Assembly (NCBI RefSeq): GCF_037042905.1
Contig: NC_087251.1
Location: 19,904,001-19,968,000, forward strand
Reading direction: 5' to 3'
Length of the DNA stretch: 64,000 nt
From: Lytechinus pictus
Taxonomy: Eukaryota
Shown here piece after piece: positions 11,612-25,900 of the stretch. Under the pieces are notes generated by a model. It was given only the letters and a program-made list of their open reading frames with translations, did not search any database and was not told where the DNA came from. Positions within the stretch are counted from its first letter, which is position 1. Every line of letters begins with the position of its first letter. The position numbers were made by a program, and so were the translations under genes.

Positions 11612-14600
11612 TACTTATGGGGCCGGATCACGTTTAAAAGTTATCAAAATTTCATTAGTACAAATGTCAATTTTTATATTGATGCATGTTGTTATCCTTA
11701 TAAAAATAGACTTATACCACAAAATCAGAAAATTGTCTTATTTGTCACATTATGAATTCAATTCTTAAGATTGAATGATGATTTAAAAATTTCATTTGAT
11801 TTTATTTCAAGTTTTTTTTTGCAAATCTACGAGTCATTCCAAGGTTGGTGATCCGGGTGGAGGCAGGGGGCACAGTGCCCCCAGACTGTTTGAAGCACTA
11901 AACAGTACCCCTTCTTGCCCAAGAAAAAAAATCACCCTTACGAACGTGTTCAGCGTCCCTTTCATCTGTTAATAAATGCTTCTATGCCTTCTTATAAGTT
12001 CCCATTCTCGTATCAGATAGTTGCTCTTATTGAAACCGCTCCTTTTATGTCCGATCAGCGTCCGTTATCCTTATTTAGCATTCTTCTGCAAGTGCATCTT
12101 ATAATTGAATAATTCCTTTCAGAAAATGTATTTATTGCCTCCTTCAGCTTTTTTTATAGTACAATTTGTCCTGTTTCAACACTTTCCTGAGTATGCATTA
12201 TATACTACACGATCAAATTGTTGCAAACTTGAAAAAAAAAAACTATCTAAGCAGATCATGAAAGAAATGTTCATGACTCGAGTTGATGTTTCATTTTGAT
12301 TGTGACATTCTGCATTTTATCGGTTCCCTTTACTACTAGTATTCGTGTTTTTGATGGCTTCTTTTTATATTTTTCCCCAAGATGGATTAGTCTAGGATTA
12401 GTCATAGAAGATTTGCCGTCTGGTTGAACATCATTAAGCATATACCATTATTTGTGTGAGTGTGTGTGTGGAGGGGGGGGGGTGGTACACTCTGCGTTGA
12501 TGAATACATTTTGCATTGCATTTTGTAATGTAGCTTTAAGGTGACAACCAAATGCCATCCGTATCTTTAATTCCATCATTTTCTCATTCATATCAGGATG
12601 AATATATATACATATCAAAAATAAAAAAGAATATACCACCATGACCAAAAAAGTGTTTTATGTGATGCTACCATGTCTACCTTGATGTAGAATAACTTGT
12701 ATGAAATCATAAAATATATAGGGTATATACATGTCAATCAATTGAATATCTTAGCTCAGATAGCATTAACCCGTTCGAGACTATCCGACATGCATGCTTG
12801 CTGGTGTATATTTGGTTTGTGTGTTATAGTATATCGACTAGTCTTCAACCGGTTAAGATTTGAACAGATACAAGAGAACTTGTTGATAAAAGAGTGATAA
12901 ACTTCTTTTTTTTTCCATTTGACTAAATTCGCCTGTCCGGTATGCAGTATATTTGTATGTTATAAAAGGGGTAATAGTGCAATTATTTGAAACGTAATCG
13001 TTCCTTTGATTTTGCTGAAAACGTTACGGCAGCACTAATTTCATACCATGGGAATTCTAGTAGTTCGTATCTTCTTTTTTTTCATTGCATTTAAAACCTG
13101 ATCTGTAATAGAAGCAATAGAAGATGTTTGCCTAGTAATGAAGTCGTCGTGCTTCTTTTGAATCGCTGTATTTTGGAAAAGCAGTCTTTATAGAGATATC
13201 ACCTAAAAGCTTTTTCAGGCTGGACCGGCTCTTATTTCCCAGAAGATTTCGGACCTTTCGAATGAAAACAAGATATTTAAAGTGACCAAAATTTGCAATG
13301 CATGCCTGAAAGGAGAAGTGTTTCGCGTCTGTCGCGAATACAGCGTGGATGACGATTGTCGCACGAGTATAGGTAACTTTTAGGGGAGAGGGGTAGACGA
13401 GGGGCTAAATTAAGACGAAGAGAGGGGAACGAGGAAAGATGAGAAGGAAAGAGAGCAAACGAGAGGAGACAAAAAGAGATGGAAAATAAAAGAGAGAAAT
13501 ATAAGACAGAGAAGAATGTTAGAGAGAGCGAGAACAGAAATGAAGGGAAATTCAAAATGGATAGGTATATAAATCGGGCTCTAGGTTTTCACTTTCGCTG
13601 CAAGAATGGAAAATAACCGCAGATTTGGCTCACATTTTCCCCCTCACTTTCAATGGCAAATGGCCCGAATCACAGGGCACTTGATCTTGATTGACATGGG
13701 TAGGATAAATACGATTACAATACACCAACTTAGTCCAAACTTTTAGGTGAGGATAATGTTAACAATCCGCTAACTTAATCTGTGCTATCGTCATTCAGTA
13801 AATTGTTCGGAGTGACGGGGCGCATTGAAAAGCTTTTTAAGGGGAATCCTACAATGTAACTGCAATTTGTAATATCTCTAAGTGGATTCTGATATATGGA
13901 TATCCCTGGTATATGTATACAATTATACTTCTTATCCTGTTGATGAATTCGAATGATACCGTCTTTAAAGGAATTTCACGATCTGGGGCAGTAATTTCAA
14001 TCTTGCCCTTTGAGTCTTTTGTATTTTATCTGTTTATCGCTGTATCTTTCTATTGCTTTCTTGAAATACAATATGAAAATCTAGGAAAGATTAGAGCATA
14101 TGGATTTCATTTCTTGTTAGGTTGTGAAAAGAGTTGGAGAAAGGGAGATGAAAGACACTGCTTGAAGGAAAGGGTGATCTTTGAGTCGAGGGATTTAAGA
14201 AGGTTCTATACTCTTAGTTTTTTGAGAAATGAACACCAGACTAGGTGTTTGGAATGGTAGCAGTTTGTAGGATTTACCGGGGCTAGAGATCCAAACATAA
14301 TGTCAGATGGAGTTCAGATGACAAAGTCATAGAAATATAACTGATATTCAAGAAATATAAAATGAAACAGAGTAATACTAGGCCTACATATTCTTGAAAG
14401 GCAAAGTTGTAGTTTCCAGAGGGCATGAACCGTGGAGTTTTTTTCCGTGGGTGGGGTAGGGTGTGAGAAAGAGTTTTAGCTCGTGTATATCCAAACCATT
14501 CCCAATATGGCCCAATAATTCAACACTTATTGCCAGAGAGGGACATTGAGGGCTTTGAAAGAAATTCAACAGTAGCAATGTTTGAGGCATAGTGTGAAAT

Positions 14601-15092
14601 AAGGAGAGAAAAAGAATAGGAGACTGGAGGAGAGAGAAAGATAAAGTAAATGAAATCAGAATGATTGACAATTGTAAGGAGAGGCCTTTGTTTTGAGGTG
14701 CCACCACGTTATTTTTCCCCCAGCTTTCGTTGAATAGTCGGTTTTTCGGCGTTTATTGTATTAACGTCAATTGGTTTCTATTGAGCCCGTATTTCGGCGT
14801 TGGGTTCTGCCGCGGGCGCCATCCAGAGAACAACTGATATAGGCTCAAAATGAGGCACTTTATGTTATTCTTACTAACGTTGGAAGCGCGAGCTCACATT
14901 GATGTAAAATTGGAAAGGCATGAAGGGTGCCGGAGTCCCGAGGATAGGAGCTGAAAAACATGAAAAGGTTGAACGTCTTCCTTGAAAGGACTATGACAAC
15001 TGCGATGATGTGTAAGGTTTATGCTATTGTAAATAGTAAATATACATATGGTTTGTAAATTTCTATTCACGACACCTGAACTAAATACATAA

Positions 15093-15103
15093 TAGAAGTA
15101 GTC

Positions 15104-15135
<32 letters not shown>

Positions 15136-15161
15136 CATGGTAGTAGGAGTAGTAGTAGTAA

Positions 15162-15235
<74 letters not shown>

Positions 15236-15267
15236 TTTGTTTTTATAGTAGAAGTAGTAGTAGTAGT
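15093..15267. repeat. (TAG)n microsatellite
   Basis: Seen directly; source of the poly-Y, poly-T and poly-V pseudo-ORFs. Confidence 0.97.
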
Positions 15268-16072
15268 CTTTATCCCTTTTAATTGCCTCCTCCCTTTTCC
15301 ATCGATATCCACTAACGCTGAATTGCAAATTTTCATCAATTTTGTTTACAAGTAAAAATTAGTATCATCCTTTAATTCATCTCAGATAAACTGTTTCTCG
15401 GGTAAAATGAATCGATGTACAGTCAAAAAGATGCAGAACTTTTTTTTCGGGGGGGGGGGGTAAAAGGAAGTATCATTATCAAGAGTAGGATATTTTAAAT
15501 CTCCAACAAAGATTGTTTTGATGACGTAATGAAGTGATGTAGATAGGCTTTATATTCAAATTTCATAAATGTATAAATGTATAAACTTATTTTTTCAATA
15601 GAAACTCACTTGTCAAAATCGTTGAATTATTACGTTGTCGAGTTGCTGCATCTCGGGTGATTATTATTTTTTTTTATAAATGTATTCCTCATCATGTTGC
15701 AATCACAACAATATCAGAATTTCGTATTTCAAAATCTTAACGTGTAGTGTATCAAATGGACCTGAGAAACTGAAGGAATTGCTAAATAATATGATGAACA
15801 TAATAATCAATTTATCCCATCTGTATACAAGTTATCATCAGCGATTTAAGATTCTTCATTGTCACAGACACACTAACGAAACCAACCCCAGAACCGCTTA
15901 AAACTGTTATATTATTGCCAATGGCATATAGTTGCTTGGTTTGGAGTCAGTTTTGTTGGTGTTCGAGTTTCACCAAACTATATACTTTGGATAATGGGGT
16001 TGTATCATCATATAATACTTTTTTATTTAACAAAAAAAGTATGGCAAATGCATATTACGAGTAATTATTGAA

Positions 16073-16231
16073 GAGTCAAAAGGGGCATAAGCTTTCGATC
16101 CTAACAGAATCTTCGTCGCCGACGAAGATTCTGCTAGGATCGAAAGCTTAGGCCCCCTTTGACTCTCTAATTTACTCCATTGGCTCTCTTTTATTAGATT
16201 TGTAGTTTTCAGCAGCTTCTTTCTGCCATTG
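16073..16231. mobile_element. Short retro-insertion with inverted duplication and 15-bp TSD; probable Penelope-like element remnant with hammerhead-like motif
   Basis: cgagtaattattgaa is repeated exactly at 16058-16072 and 16232-16246. Palindrome with 47-bp arms (16072-16118 / 16120-16166, 3 mismatches). Each arm reads cGACGAa-gattct-gyt-aggatc-GAAA-gctt. Confidence 0.65.
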
Positions 16232-19200
16232 CGAGTAATTATTGAATGTAAGATAAATGAGCCATGTATTAAAAAGCAGGTATCAAGCATATTGAACTCG
16301 TGTTTCCAGTCGAGTCATGTAATCACTTGATTATGATTACTCTCAAATTCACGCACACACACCCCCATACACCCACCCTCCCACACACACACACGCATAC
16401 ATTACATTATATTAATACATCCTTCATTCGTTCTCTCTATCACTCTCTCCCTTCTGCTCCTCTTACCCTATCTTCCCTATCTCTTTCTTTAAACGAACAC
16501 AGTACATATTATATACGGTTACCGGCAATTAACTACGCACTCTCATCACACACGCCCACACTCTCTCTACACCTCATTCTAACTGTACCCCCCCCCCCCC
16601 CCTCTCTCTCTCTTCTCCCATCATCTTTATATACGACCCTCCCACGCGCACACACTTTCATTCCTTATCGTTTATTCTTTCTGACCAGCAATTCTTTCAT
16701 TCCTCACACATTAAGCGCGCACTTGCACACGCACACATTTCCGCGCGGAGTAAAAAAAAAAACGTTAATGGAAACATACAAAGGACAGTCTCAACGAGTG
16801 ATTCTGGAGAACGAGAGGCCGTTCACCTTCTTGACTATGGTGTCTCAAAAGGGTCATAGAATTTGGCAGACAGAATGGGAACTAAAAAATGATTGCTACT
16901 CCACGCATTGGTGCAAAGTCAGATATGTGACTTTGCTGTTGTTGTTCTTCTTCATAATCTTCTTCTTCCCCTTAATGTTATACAATCATGCATCCATTTT
17001 AGGAAATAATAACAAAATGAAATTGTCCATTTCTCAATTGCAGTATATAGAAACTTACGTTGACGAGATATATAATTTATAAAGATAATTTTTGTAAATG
17101 GGAATGTAACACTAGAGCTGATCCTCATTCGTCTGAATACTGAACTTTAGAAAAACAAAGTTGGTTCTCGAATTTTCTTCATTCCGCGATGCATTTCGGG
17201 AAATTCACAGAGTTAGGATGATGTTTGCCGCTTCAGTAGTTTTACACATAACAAACTGAACTGATATTATCTACTATGATGCCACCGAGCCAGGCCCTAA
17301 CAAATTGAATTAAAAGCCTGGCCATTTGCTAGTTGAGGATTCTTACTCCATGTGTTTATTAAACCTCCTCCAATTTCATTTGGCTTTACTTGGTCCAATA
17401 TCGCTCGGTAAAATATCGGAATTTAGCAGTTGCGAGTGTCAATGTCTGTTAATCATTGAAGTGATATAGAACCCAATGGCTTTGCGTGTGTGGGAAGAAA
17501 GAGAGAGAAATCTAGCCCTCAAGGAACGAAGCACAGTATATAAGAGAGAGTAGAAGAAAAACCATGAAATTGAGACGAATTTGGTAGCGTCCTAAGCTCC
17601 TATTTACTGAATATGATGAATGTTAATGTGTCTTTTTGAAATAGTAGACGGGATTTCCCTCTAAGGTGAGTTATAGAAATAATGGCATTACATGCTGATC
17701 CAAACGGGTGGAAAATATGAAAGATTATTGGTCCAGTATGATAAGAGCACAATTACATGTTAAATGATGCGGGTGGGTATAGCGGCCTGCGGTTTCCTCT
17801 TAAAACCGATAGAATAACAAGGTACGCCCTGCTAATTTTCTTGGCACTGATTTCAATACTGCGGTCCACCCCTTCTTTACTTTTCTTTTAAAGAGAAAGG
17901 GTGTTAATTGATTTTTTTATTAAAGGATGGTTTTAAAACTACCTTAAAATTACACATATTTGTTCCAATGAGAAAAAAAAATCATTAATGTTTACACTGT
18001 TTGTGACACCAAAATTCGCAATAAATAATACTTCTATTTTTTTCAACATCTTAGGGAGCAGCACGTTTTCATTTCAATTTACACTGATTCTTATTCCATT
18101 TATATTTGTTATTATGTTAAAGTTATATATGTTTACAATGCTGCTATGTTTCCACAAAAATAAAAACGAAATTAAACAGATAACATATCTGTGAAATAAT
18201 CCACGCAAAGTGTATATTTCAACGGATAATCCAATACGATAAAAAAGGTAATCTTGTTTCGTTTATGAAATGTCTTAACGTCTCTTGTAAAAAGTAATTA
18301 AAATGAACATGAATATTGTCATACGATTAATATAGAAATATATATCTTACCCATGTCATATGTTTTATGACTTATGCTACTTTCACACCAACGAAACCGA
18401 TTCCAAACCGACCTATGGTTATTCATTGGTAATAACGTTATAACTTCTATCGGCCCGGAGACTGTTCCGCCAGTGTGACCAGGGAAGTGGACTGTAGGAT
18501 AAGAATGTGATAATTACATTATCTATCTTTCACTATGATTCTCGGTCTATGATTGGTAAAAAAAAAATCAGTAATTGAAACCGCTACTGACTTTATTTGA
18601 CAATATAAACGAAATATTGGTAACCGGGCATGTCTTCATATTTTTTTCATGTTTATATTCGACATACTAAGAATGCTTCTTTCTTATTTGTTGAAAGTTA
18701 ATCACGTGATATTGACTAGACTTTCCATCAACATGATCCAACATGAGGTGCTGTTCTGCGTTTCGCTGATCTCTGGAGTTAACAGGTTTTATCTGTGAAG
18801 TTAATATGAACTTTGGTGGAAGTGACTTGCAGTGTGTTTCAACTACAAGATCCTAGTCAAATGATTAGCTCTGATTGGATGCGCGCAGTCACGTGTGTTC
18901 TAGTTCACGAGGGTATCACTCGGTTTTGTTTCTTTCTGAAAAGCGTTCAATATTGCATAATCCCATCCAACTGTTCCCCTCTTTTTATTCCTTCCTCCCT
19001 TTCTGCCTCTTTATCTCTTTAGAGTTAAGAGTGTGTACAATTGTGTCCATCCTATGTTTTAGTGTTATTTTATTATTAAAAGGATATTATCGTGAGCACA
19101 CAAAAGGGATCAGTCTTAGAAATGTGACGGTCTAACACAAATAATTTTTTTAAGGTAATATTTTTTGTTGATTCCACTCCCTACCCCCCCCCCAAAAAAA

Positions 19201-22200
19201 AATGACCAAAACAGATGAATAATATGCAACATGAGAAAAATATTTGAATCAGTACTATAACATTTGAAAAAGTGCCTAACTTAGAACACACTCTTTCCCC
19301 TACAATACACACCCACACACACACACCTAAGGTATCAGTTGCAAAATCAGAAGTAGCACTTCGTAGTATTAGCCCCATTTCTACGACAAATTTGAAAATT
19401 GGGCGAAAACCAATTAGGCAACATGGTGATTTATGAACTTGTTAAATTTTCAGATTAATGACAATTATTTGATTCGTTGTTCATGATTGCAACAAAATAA
19501 TGCCCCATGAAGTGTCATCGATTTTTTCCCTCTATTTTAAATTGCCAAAGAAGAAATTAGAATTTAAATTAGATCATATGATATCAATCTATTCATTATT
19601 TTTGTTTGAAATGCATTTGTTAATCATGAGCCAATAATAGAGGTCATTTAAGAAGCAGTACTACGTTGGATCTGTGGTGCGTAAAAAATTGCCGATTTAT
19701 TTTATACGTAAACAAATGAAGTATTTTTAAGAGATGAGTCGTTTCTCTTTCAGGCAAAACAAAGAACAGTTATATTTTAGTAAACATTGGTCCAAGACTC
19801 ATTTTCCAGCTACAATAATAATTGCAAGGAAAGTATGTAATATTCCAAAGTAACGGTATTGATCCTTAAATTAAAAAACAAGAAACTGATATTTTAGATC
19901 AATTCAATCATATTCCTGTATCATTTTGTGCCTATTCATCAATATAGAGGTTTGTATCCCATTACTTCAAGTGCATCCATACATAATTTGCATCCCAATT
20001 TACTTGAAAATATGAGATATGAGAATATATTCCAGCTTGTGTAAAGCTAATTTGTTTTAGATACCGTTTGAATGGTTTGCGGTTTCCTTTAGAGAAAGTG
20101 TTTTTTGCATCGATCCGTTCCTTATTCCCGCGAAATTGAGCATCACAATATCAAATTATTTCAAATGAAGATATCTGTGATTGAATCATCAAGTACTCCA
20201 CGCGATTAGAAATCAGGTTAGGTGAGATATCAAAATATTGACTGGTTTTCTACTCATATTTTACACTGCATAAAGAAGGCTACAAAGAAAGCTCGTTTTT
20301 CAAATTATGAAGGCTCGTTTCATCATCCCGCACGCAGGAATTGAGAACGCGCGCCCATTGACGCGGGTCGATATGCTCGCGCGCGTTTGCGTTGAAATAT
20401 TGCTATTAAATTGCCGGGTAAGGAGGAAAAAGGACTTTGCAAACAAACACTACGTGTTACATATCACTTTTCCGTTAAGTAAAAATTAACGTATTTACCA
20501 ACACTGGTTTAATTGCATCACTGCATCGCGTTGTTCCGGGCCATGGATCAATTACTGGTATGGAAAACGTAGCAAATGGTGAGAGAATGCCAGTGTAATT
20601 TGTAGAGGTGGCGGCGGCGTCGCCCAGGGCTAGGTAAAAGCTATACCTCGGCACCTCTTCCAAGCAATAGCAAGAACAAGAGGGAAAGAAGAGAGATAAA
20701 AGTAAAAGACAGAGGAGATCAGAAGGTATGGATAACGCTATAGTCAACACCTGTAGCGAGGCTCTGATGGTAGAAATAGTCGGAGACATCGATAGAGTTT
20801 GCTCAATTTAAGGGCAGGTTGATACATAACTCAATATAGGAGAGATACGGGAGAGTTCTAACGGGGCAAGGCGATCACCCATTTAGCCCTCCGGGTAGTT
20901 ATGAAACGCGTCTTTAAAACGAATAGAATCCCTACCGATTTCTGATATAGATCGCAACTTCTACCTTACCTTATAATTGAAAAAAATAAAGAAGAGGTAA
21001 AATAGGGGCAAGAAAAAGAAATAAACTCAAGCTAAAGTTGTACAGAGAAAGATAGATGTCTTTCAACTATTCAAATGCAAACATGTGATATAGGCCTACT
21101 CGTATAACTCGAGGTCGGGGTGGCGCCCGATTGCTAGTATCGTAACTATGTTTTCAATTCGATAATACTGTTTTCATCATTCAGACAAAACTGATAAATG
21201 AATAACTTGTTTTGATAAACAATGAACGAATTTTCATTTGGAGGTAAGTGAACACGAACTGACCTGAAAATGCAAGCACCTTGGGTATTCTATACTGAAT
21301 TAAGAAGACTCACCCCCCCCCCCCGACCGAGAAAAAAATAATGTAACATAAATAAACAAAAAGATCACTTTCAATTTTATTCAAGATAATTTTCATTGAA
21401 TTGTAGAACGTAAAACTCAATGCATACATCTCTATAGATTCCCAAACTTTTGTATGAATGGCTTCTGCGCAGATAATGCATATACACAACCATAACAATA
21501 GATACGTATAAATCTCTACATGTTTATTGCTTTTGCCTTCGCAGGGTGATACTTTTGATAACGTAAACTCCCATTATATTTTGCCTGTTTTGACACTTGC
21601 TATAACTCAGTAGAAATGGAAATTTTCTCAGAACCCACAGGTCCTTAATTCAAATCAAGTGCTACCTGGCAATAAGTAATGCTTTTAAACTTTCGCTTCA
21701 AAATCTATGTAATAGCCGAATATGTTTACTTCCAGTAATACATACTCGTTATATTTCCCATGTTCATAGAACACAAAATAACGTTTGATCAATTTTGATC
21801 AAATTTGCGAACCAAAATGTAATAAATAGAATTATAATTATTTGCGTTACTAATCTATGTCCTTGGATTCAACGTATGTGGTAGATTGAATTCGTTGTTG
21901 TTTTTCAGTGTTACTTAAGTAGATCCGTAAACAGCTTATGCATGTGACTTTCTCAATTATGGAAACAAGTTAGTCTCGATTTTCTCTAAAGTTCAAACAA
22001 AACTTGAAGCCGCAGATGAATTGTCGATATCACATTTCACGGGTTTTGTATTTTGTCGTTAAAATTTATTCTAAATAGGTGCAAAATCTTGCATGGAAGA
22101 AGAGAACAGATATATTTGGTGGATTTATTTGAAAGTATCAAATGAAGAAAATAAAGTTTAAGCCCCTCTCCCTATTCGGGGTGCATACTATTCTTGATCG

Positions 22201-22304
22201 TTAACTTCTCCATATTCCTTTCTACTCCTCTTCTTCACCTTCTTATTCTCTCATTTGTTCATTCTCTTCTCGTTTTATTTTCTTACCATCAATAACAGGA
22301 GTGA

Positions 22305-22309
22305 TAGTA

Positions 22310-22360
<51 letters not shown>

Positions 22361-22371
22361 AAGTAGTAGTA

Positions 22372-22403
<32 letters not shown>

Positions 22404-22469
22404 TATTGTTGTTGTTGTAGTAGTAGTAGTAATAGTAGTAGTAGTAGTAGTAGTAGTAGTAGCAGTAGC

Positions 22470-22533
<64 letters not shown>

Positions 22534-22653
22534 ATAGTAGTAGTAGTAGTAGCAGTAGTAGTAGTAGTAGTAGTAGTAGTAATAGTAATAGTAGTAATAG
22601 TAGTAGTAGCGGTAGTAGTAGTAGTAGTAGTTGTTGTTGTAGTAGTAGTAGTG

Positions 22654-22696
<43 letters not shown>

Positions 22697-22859
22697 CAGT
22701 AGCATTAGTAGTAGTAGTAGTAGTAATAATAATAGTAGTAGTAGTAGAAGTAGTAGTAGTGGTAGTAGAAGTAGTAGAAGTAGTTATTGTTGTTGGTGTT
22801 GTTTTATTGTTGTTGTAGTAGTAGTAGTAGTATAGTAGTAGTAGTAGTAGTAGTAGTAA

Positions 22860-22928
<69 letters not shown>

Positions 22929-22980
22929 AAGTAGTAGTAGGAGTAGTAGTAAGAGTAGTAGTAGTAAAAGTAATAGTCGT
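22305..22980. repeat. Long interrupted (TAG)n microsatellite, ~680 bp
   Basis: Seen directly; interrupted by short (TTG)n patches near 22402, 22630 and 22783. Confidence 0.97.
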
Positions 22981-25900
22981 TGAGGTCTTATTAGCTTTTT
23001 TCATCCCCTCTTCCTCCACACACAACCTCTCTCACACACTCACACACACCCACACTATCTCTCTCTCTCCCTCTCTCTTCTTTTCCACTCTATTTATTGT
23101 ATGCCAATTTAATTTTTCCCCTTCATTCTCCTTCTCGATCAATATCAAGTAATTTCAAGCAAAATCAAATAGAAAAAAAGCAACTTCCGACCGGATTACT
23201 GCCTTTCTCCTATGTCTGAAAGTTATATGAGGTGGATTTTATTTTATCAAGCTATTATTCAATCTGTTGAGAAATGCAAGAAGCGAGCTTGGGAAACATC
23301 GCGAGGTTACATCCCACTCCAGCCCGGTACGGATTTTCGTTTTGGTCAAGGGTCGGAGAATATATTCTATTCCATCGTCTCTGGGTTGCCTGCTACACTA
23401 AATACCCCGTATTGAGTTGGGGTGAATTAACCTTGACTTTGCCTAATATTCTAGAACAGCCTTGAATCCTCTTCAGAGTTCTTGGTGACATTATTGGAGG
23501 ATATTTCATTCCCAATTTGATCCTTAGATTTAATTCGAGATCAAGGGACATGGATCACCGAGCTTAAATTTCCTCCGTAACTTCCCGGGACTTTAATCCC
23601 CCTCTGAACATCTCAAAGCTGTAAAATAGGATTGGAAATACAAGCCATTTGTGATATATTTACGTCTTCAACTTTTCATTCTCCCTCTACTTGGCGGTTT
23701 TTATTTTGTATAATTTTCCTTAATCAGTAAAAAATTATTTCAAAAGATATCAAGATGGCGTGATTCTAGCATGCCACACTTTAACTAACTATGGAGGAGA
23801 TTAATGGGTATAATATAAAAATAAATGCACAAAACTACCGGAATAAAGGTGAGACGCAAAAATTAAGATATTTTCCGTTCATTAAATGTAAAAGTGGATG
23901 GTTTTGAGACATTTAACCTACATGAAAATGAGAAGCTTAATAACCCCAATTTTTTTTATTTATAAAATATTAAATTAGTTGTTAATCTTCGCAATTTGAT
24001 TTAAAAAAAATCACCGAATGGATAAATTGCATTTTGTTTTTCAACGTAATACTTTCCATCAAATTTCCTTGCGCCTCTGGTAGATTTGACTTTTTAACAA
24101 TGCTAACTCCTTCGCATGATTTGGCGAGCTTGGCTCACTCACTTCGCTCACTTGCCTTTTTAAAATCAGAATTATTACGCCATCAAAAACCATGCCCCCA
24201 CTAATATGATGCCTCTTTACGCCGCTGAGTTACACTCACAAATCTTATTCTGTGTTTGTATGACGAAAAGAGAACCGCGATTATACTGATATATTTAAAC
24301 ACGAGTTTCCCCACTGTTTTTCTTTTTCTATGTTTGAAATCGGATTCATAATGCTCGTACCTTACTCTTAATTGAATTATCCGCACAAATGTATTTTTGT
24401 TGGAATATAACGACCACTTTGAAAACAAATTATGAAACACGATTCTGAGGAGGAATATTAAATTATTAATATCAACAATAGATGTGTATATCACCATAAT
24501 ACTAGCACCAACTTGCAGCATACGAAAATAAATATATCCAATTCCCATTATACTTTTTTTGTCTATTAAGATTATCTATTAGATTTAAATATTTTAAAAA
24601 ATGTGTGTCTTGTGGTTCCCAAATTTGTATAAATCTGACATAGATATTTGGCGATGTAATCTCACTACCTTTTTTTGTGTTACAATTTCTCATAGAACCG
24701 TTTTGATAACGATACCTCTATTGGAAATGATTCCTCGTAGGTATTTTCCCCCACAAACGTGAGCCCATCATTAATTCAACTCCGAATGTGGCTTACCATT
24801 TTCATGATAAAGTATTATGGTATATTAATTGAAATAATCCAGAGACATAAAAAAAGTCTGATGAGCTGTTGATAATATTATGACGGCTAATAATAATTGT
24901 GTAACTTCAACTGTTATTTTTTCATTTATGAATATTTATGAAATGTTATACTATCATTTTTATGATCACGAATTCGAAGACATGTGGATGAAATGTTAAA
25001 AAAAAATAACTTGATTAGTGAGTCAGGTTTACAAGTGTGGGAAAGTTTCAATAACGATCATATCTTATTTGATATTCCACATACGGATGGAAACCAATTT
25101 TTTTTGTATATTGTTATTTTACAGTTTTCTTTACTAATTTGCTGTCATGGCTTATTTTTCCCTCAAAATGTGATTTAATTTAAACACAACGTAAGCAAGG
25201 TAAGGATATCAATACTGTGCGTTTGAAAAATTAATCGATCATAAACAATGCGCATCTTTTGATTAAACGAAATTAAGTTTAATGAATTTTATTCTAGTTT
25301 CTCGTCGCTAATTTTTTATATTTTGCACATTCATTTAGTATCAATTACAACAAACGCATTAATAAACTGGTTGGTTTTTTTTTTCTTTCTCTCCTGGCCG
25401 GGTTTGATTAATATCGCGCCGATATTTACCCTTGATATCTTGGATCCCTCTAATATAATATATATGCAATTGCTTAAAAATAGCGTATTTTTTCATTCTA
25501 ATTAAGATTACAATTAGGTCTAATTTGTACTTGCTACTGCGTTGTGTTAATTGATTCTTTACAGCATTAATCCAACCTTAAAGAACATCAAGTACTATGA
25601 TATAGGTTTATCTCTATGAAATAGATTCCAAGGGGGCAATGCAACTGGGAGTAAAGAGAGAACAGGGAAATTCGGTCTTGAGGTTTGCCGACTCTTTTAT
25701 TTTTGTGCCGGGATTGTTTGAACCGATTGTAAGTTGGGATGGTACATGATATATCTTCGACATTCTACACGTGACATATCGTAATAGACCTCAGGCTTAG
25801 AAGGTCTCACCAAGCAGTATAAAGCAAACATAATAAGATGACCCCCAAGCAGTCATATCTTCACACAGACTTGCTTAGCAAATAATCAGAGAGTCAAAGT

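Noticed and set aside
14894..15355. Poly-Tyr, poly-Thr and poly-Val ORFs
   Set aside because: Translations of the (TAG)n microsatellite.
16300..17082. Longest + strand ORF (260 aa)
   Set aside because: Runs through (CA)n, (CT)n and C-run low-complexity DNA; non-ATG start; no domain-like sequence.
22255..23152. Poly-Val, poly-Leu and poly-Thr ORFs
   Set aside because: Translations of the (TAG)n microsatellite.
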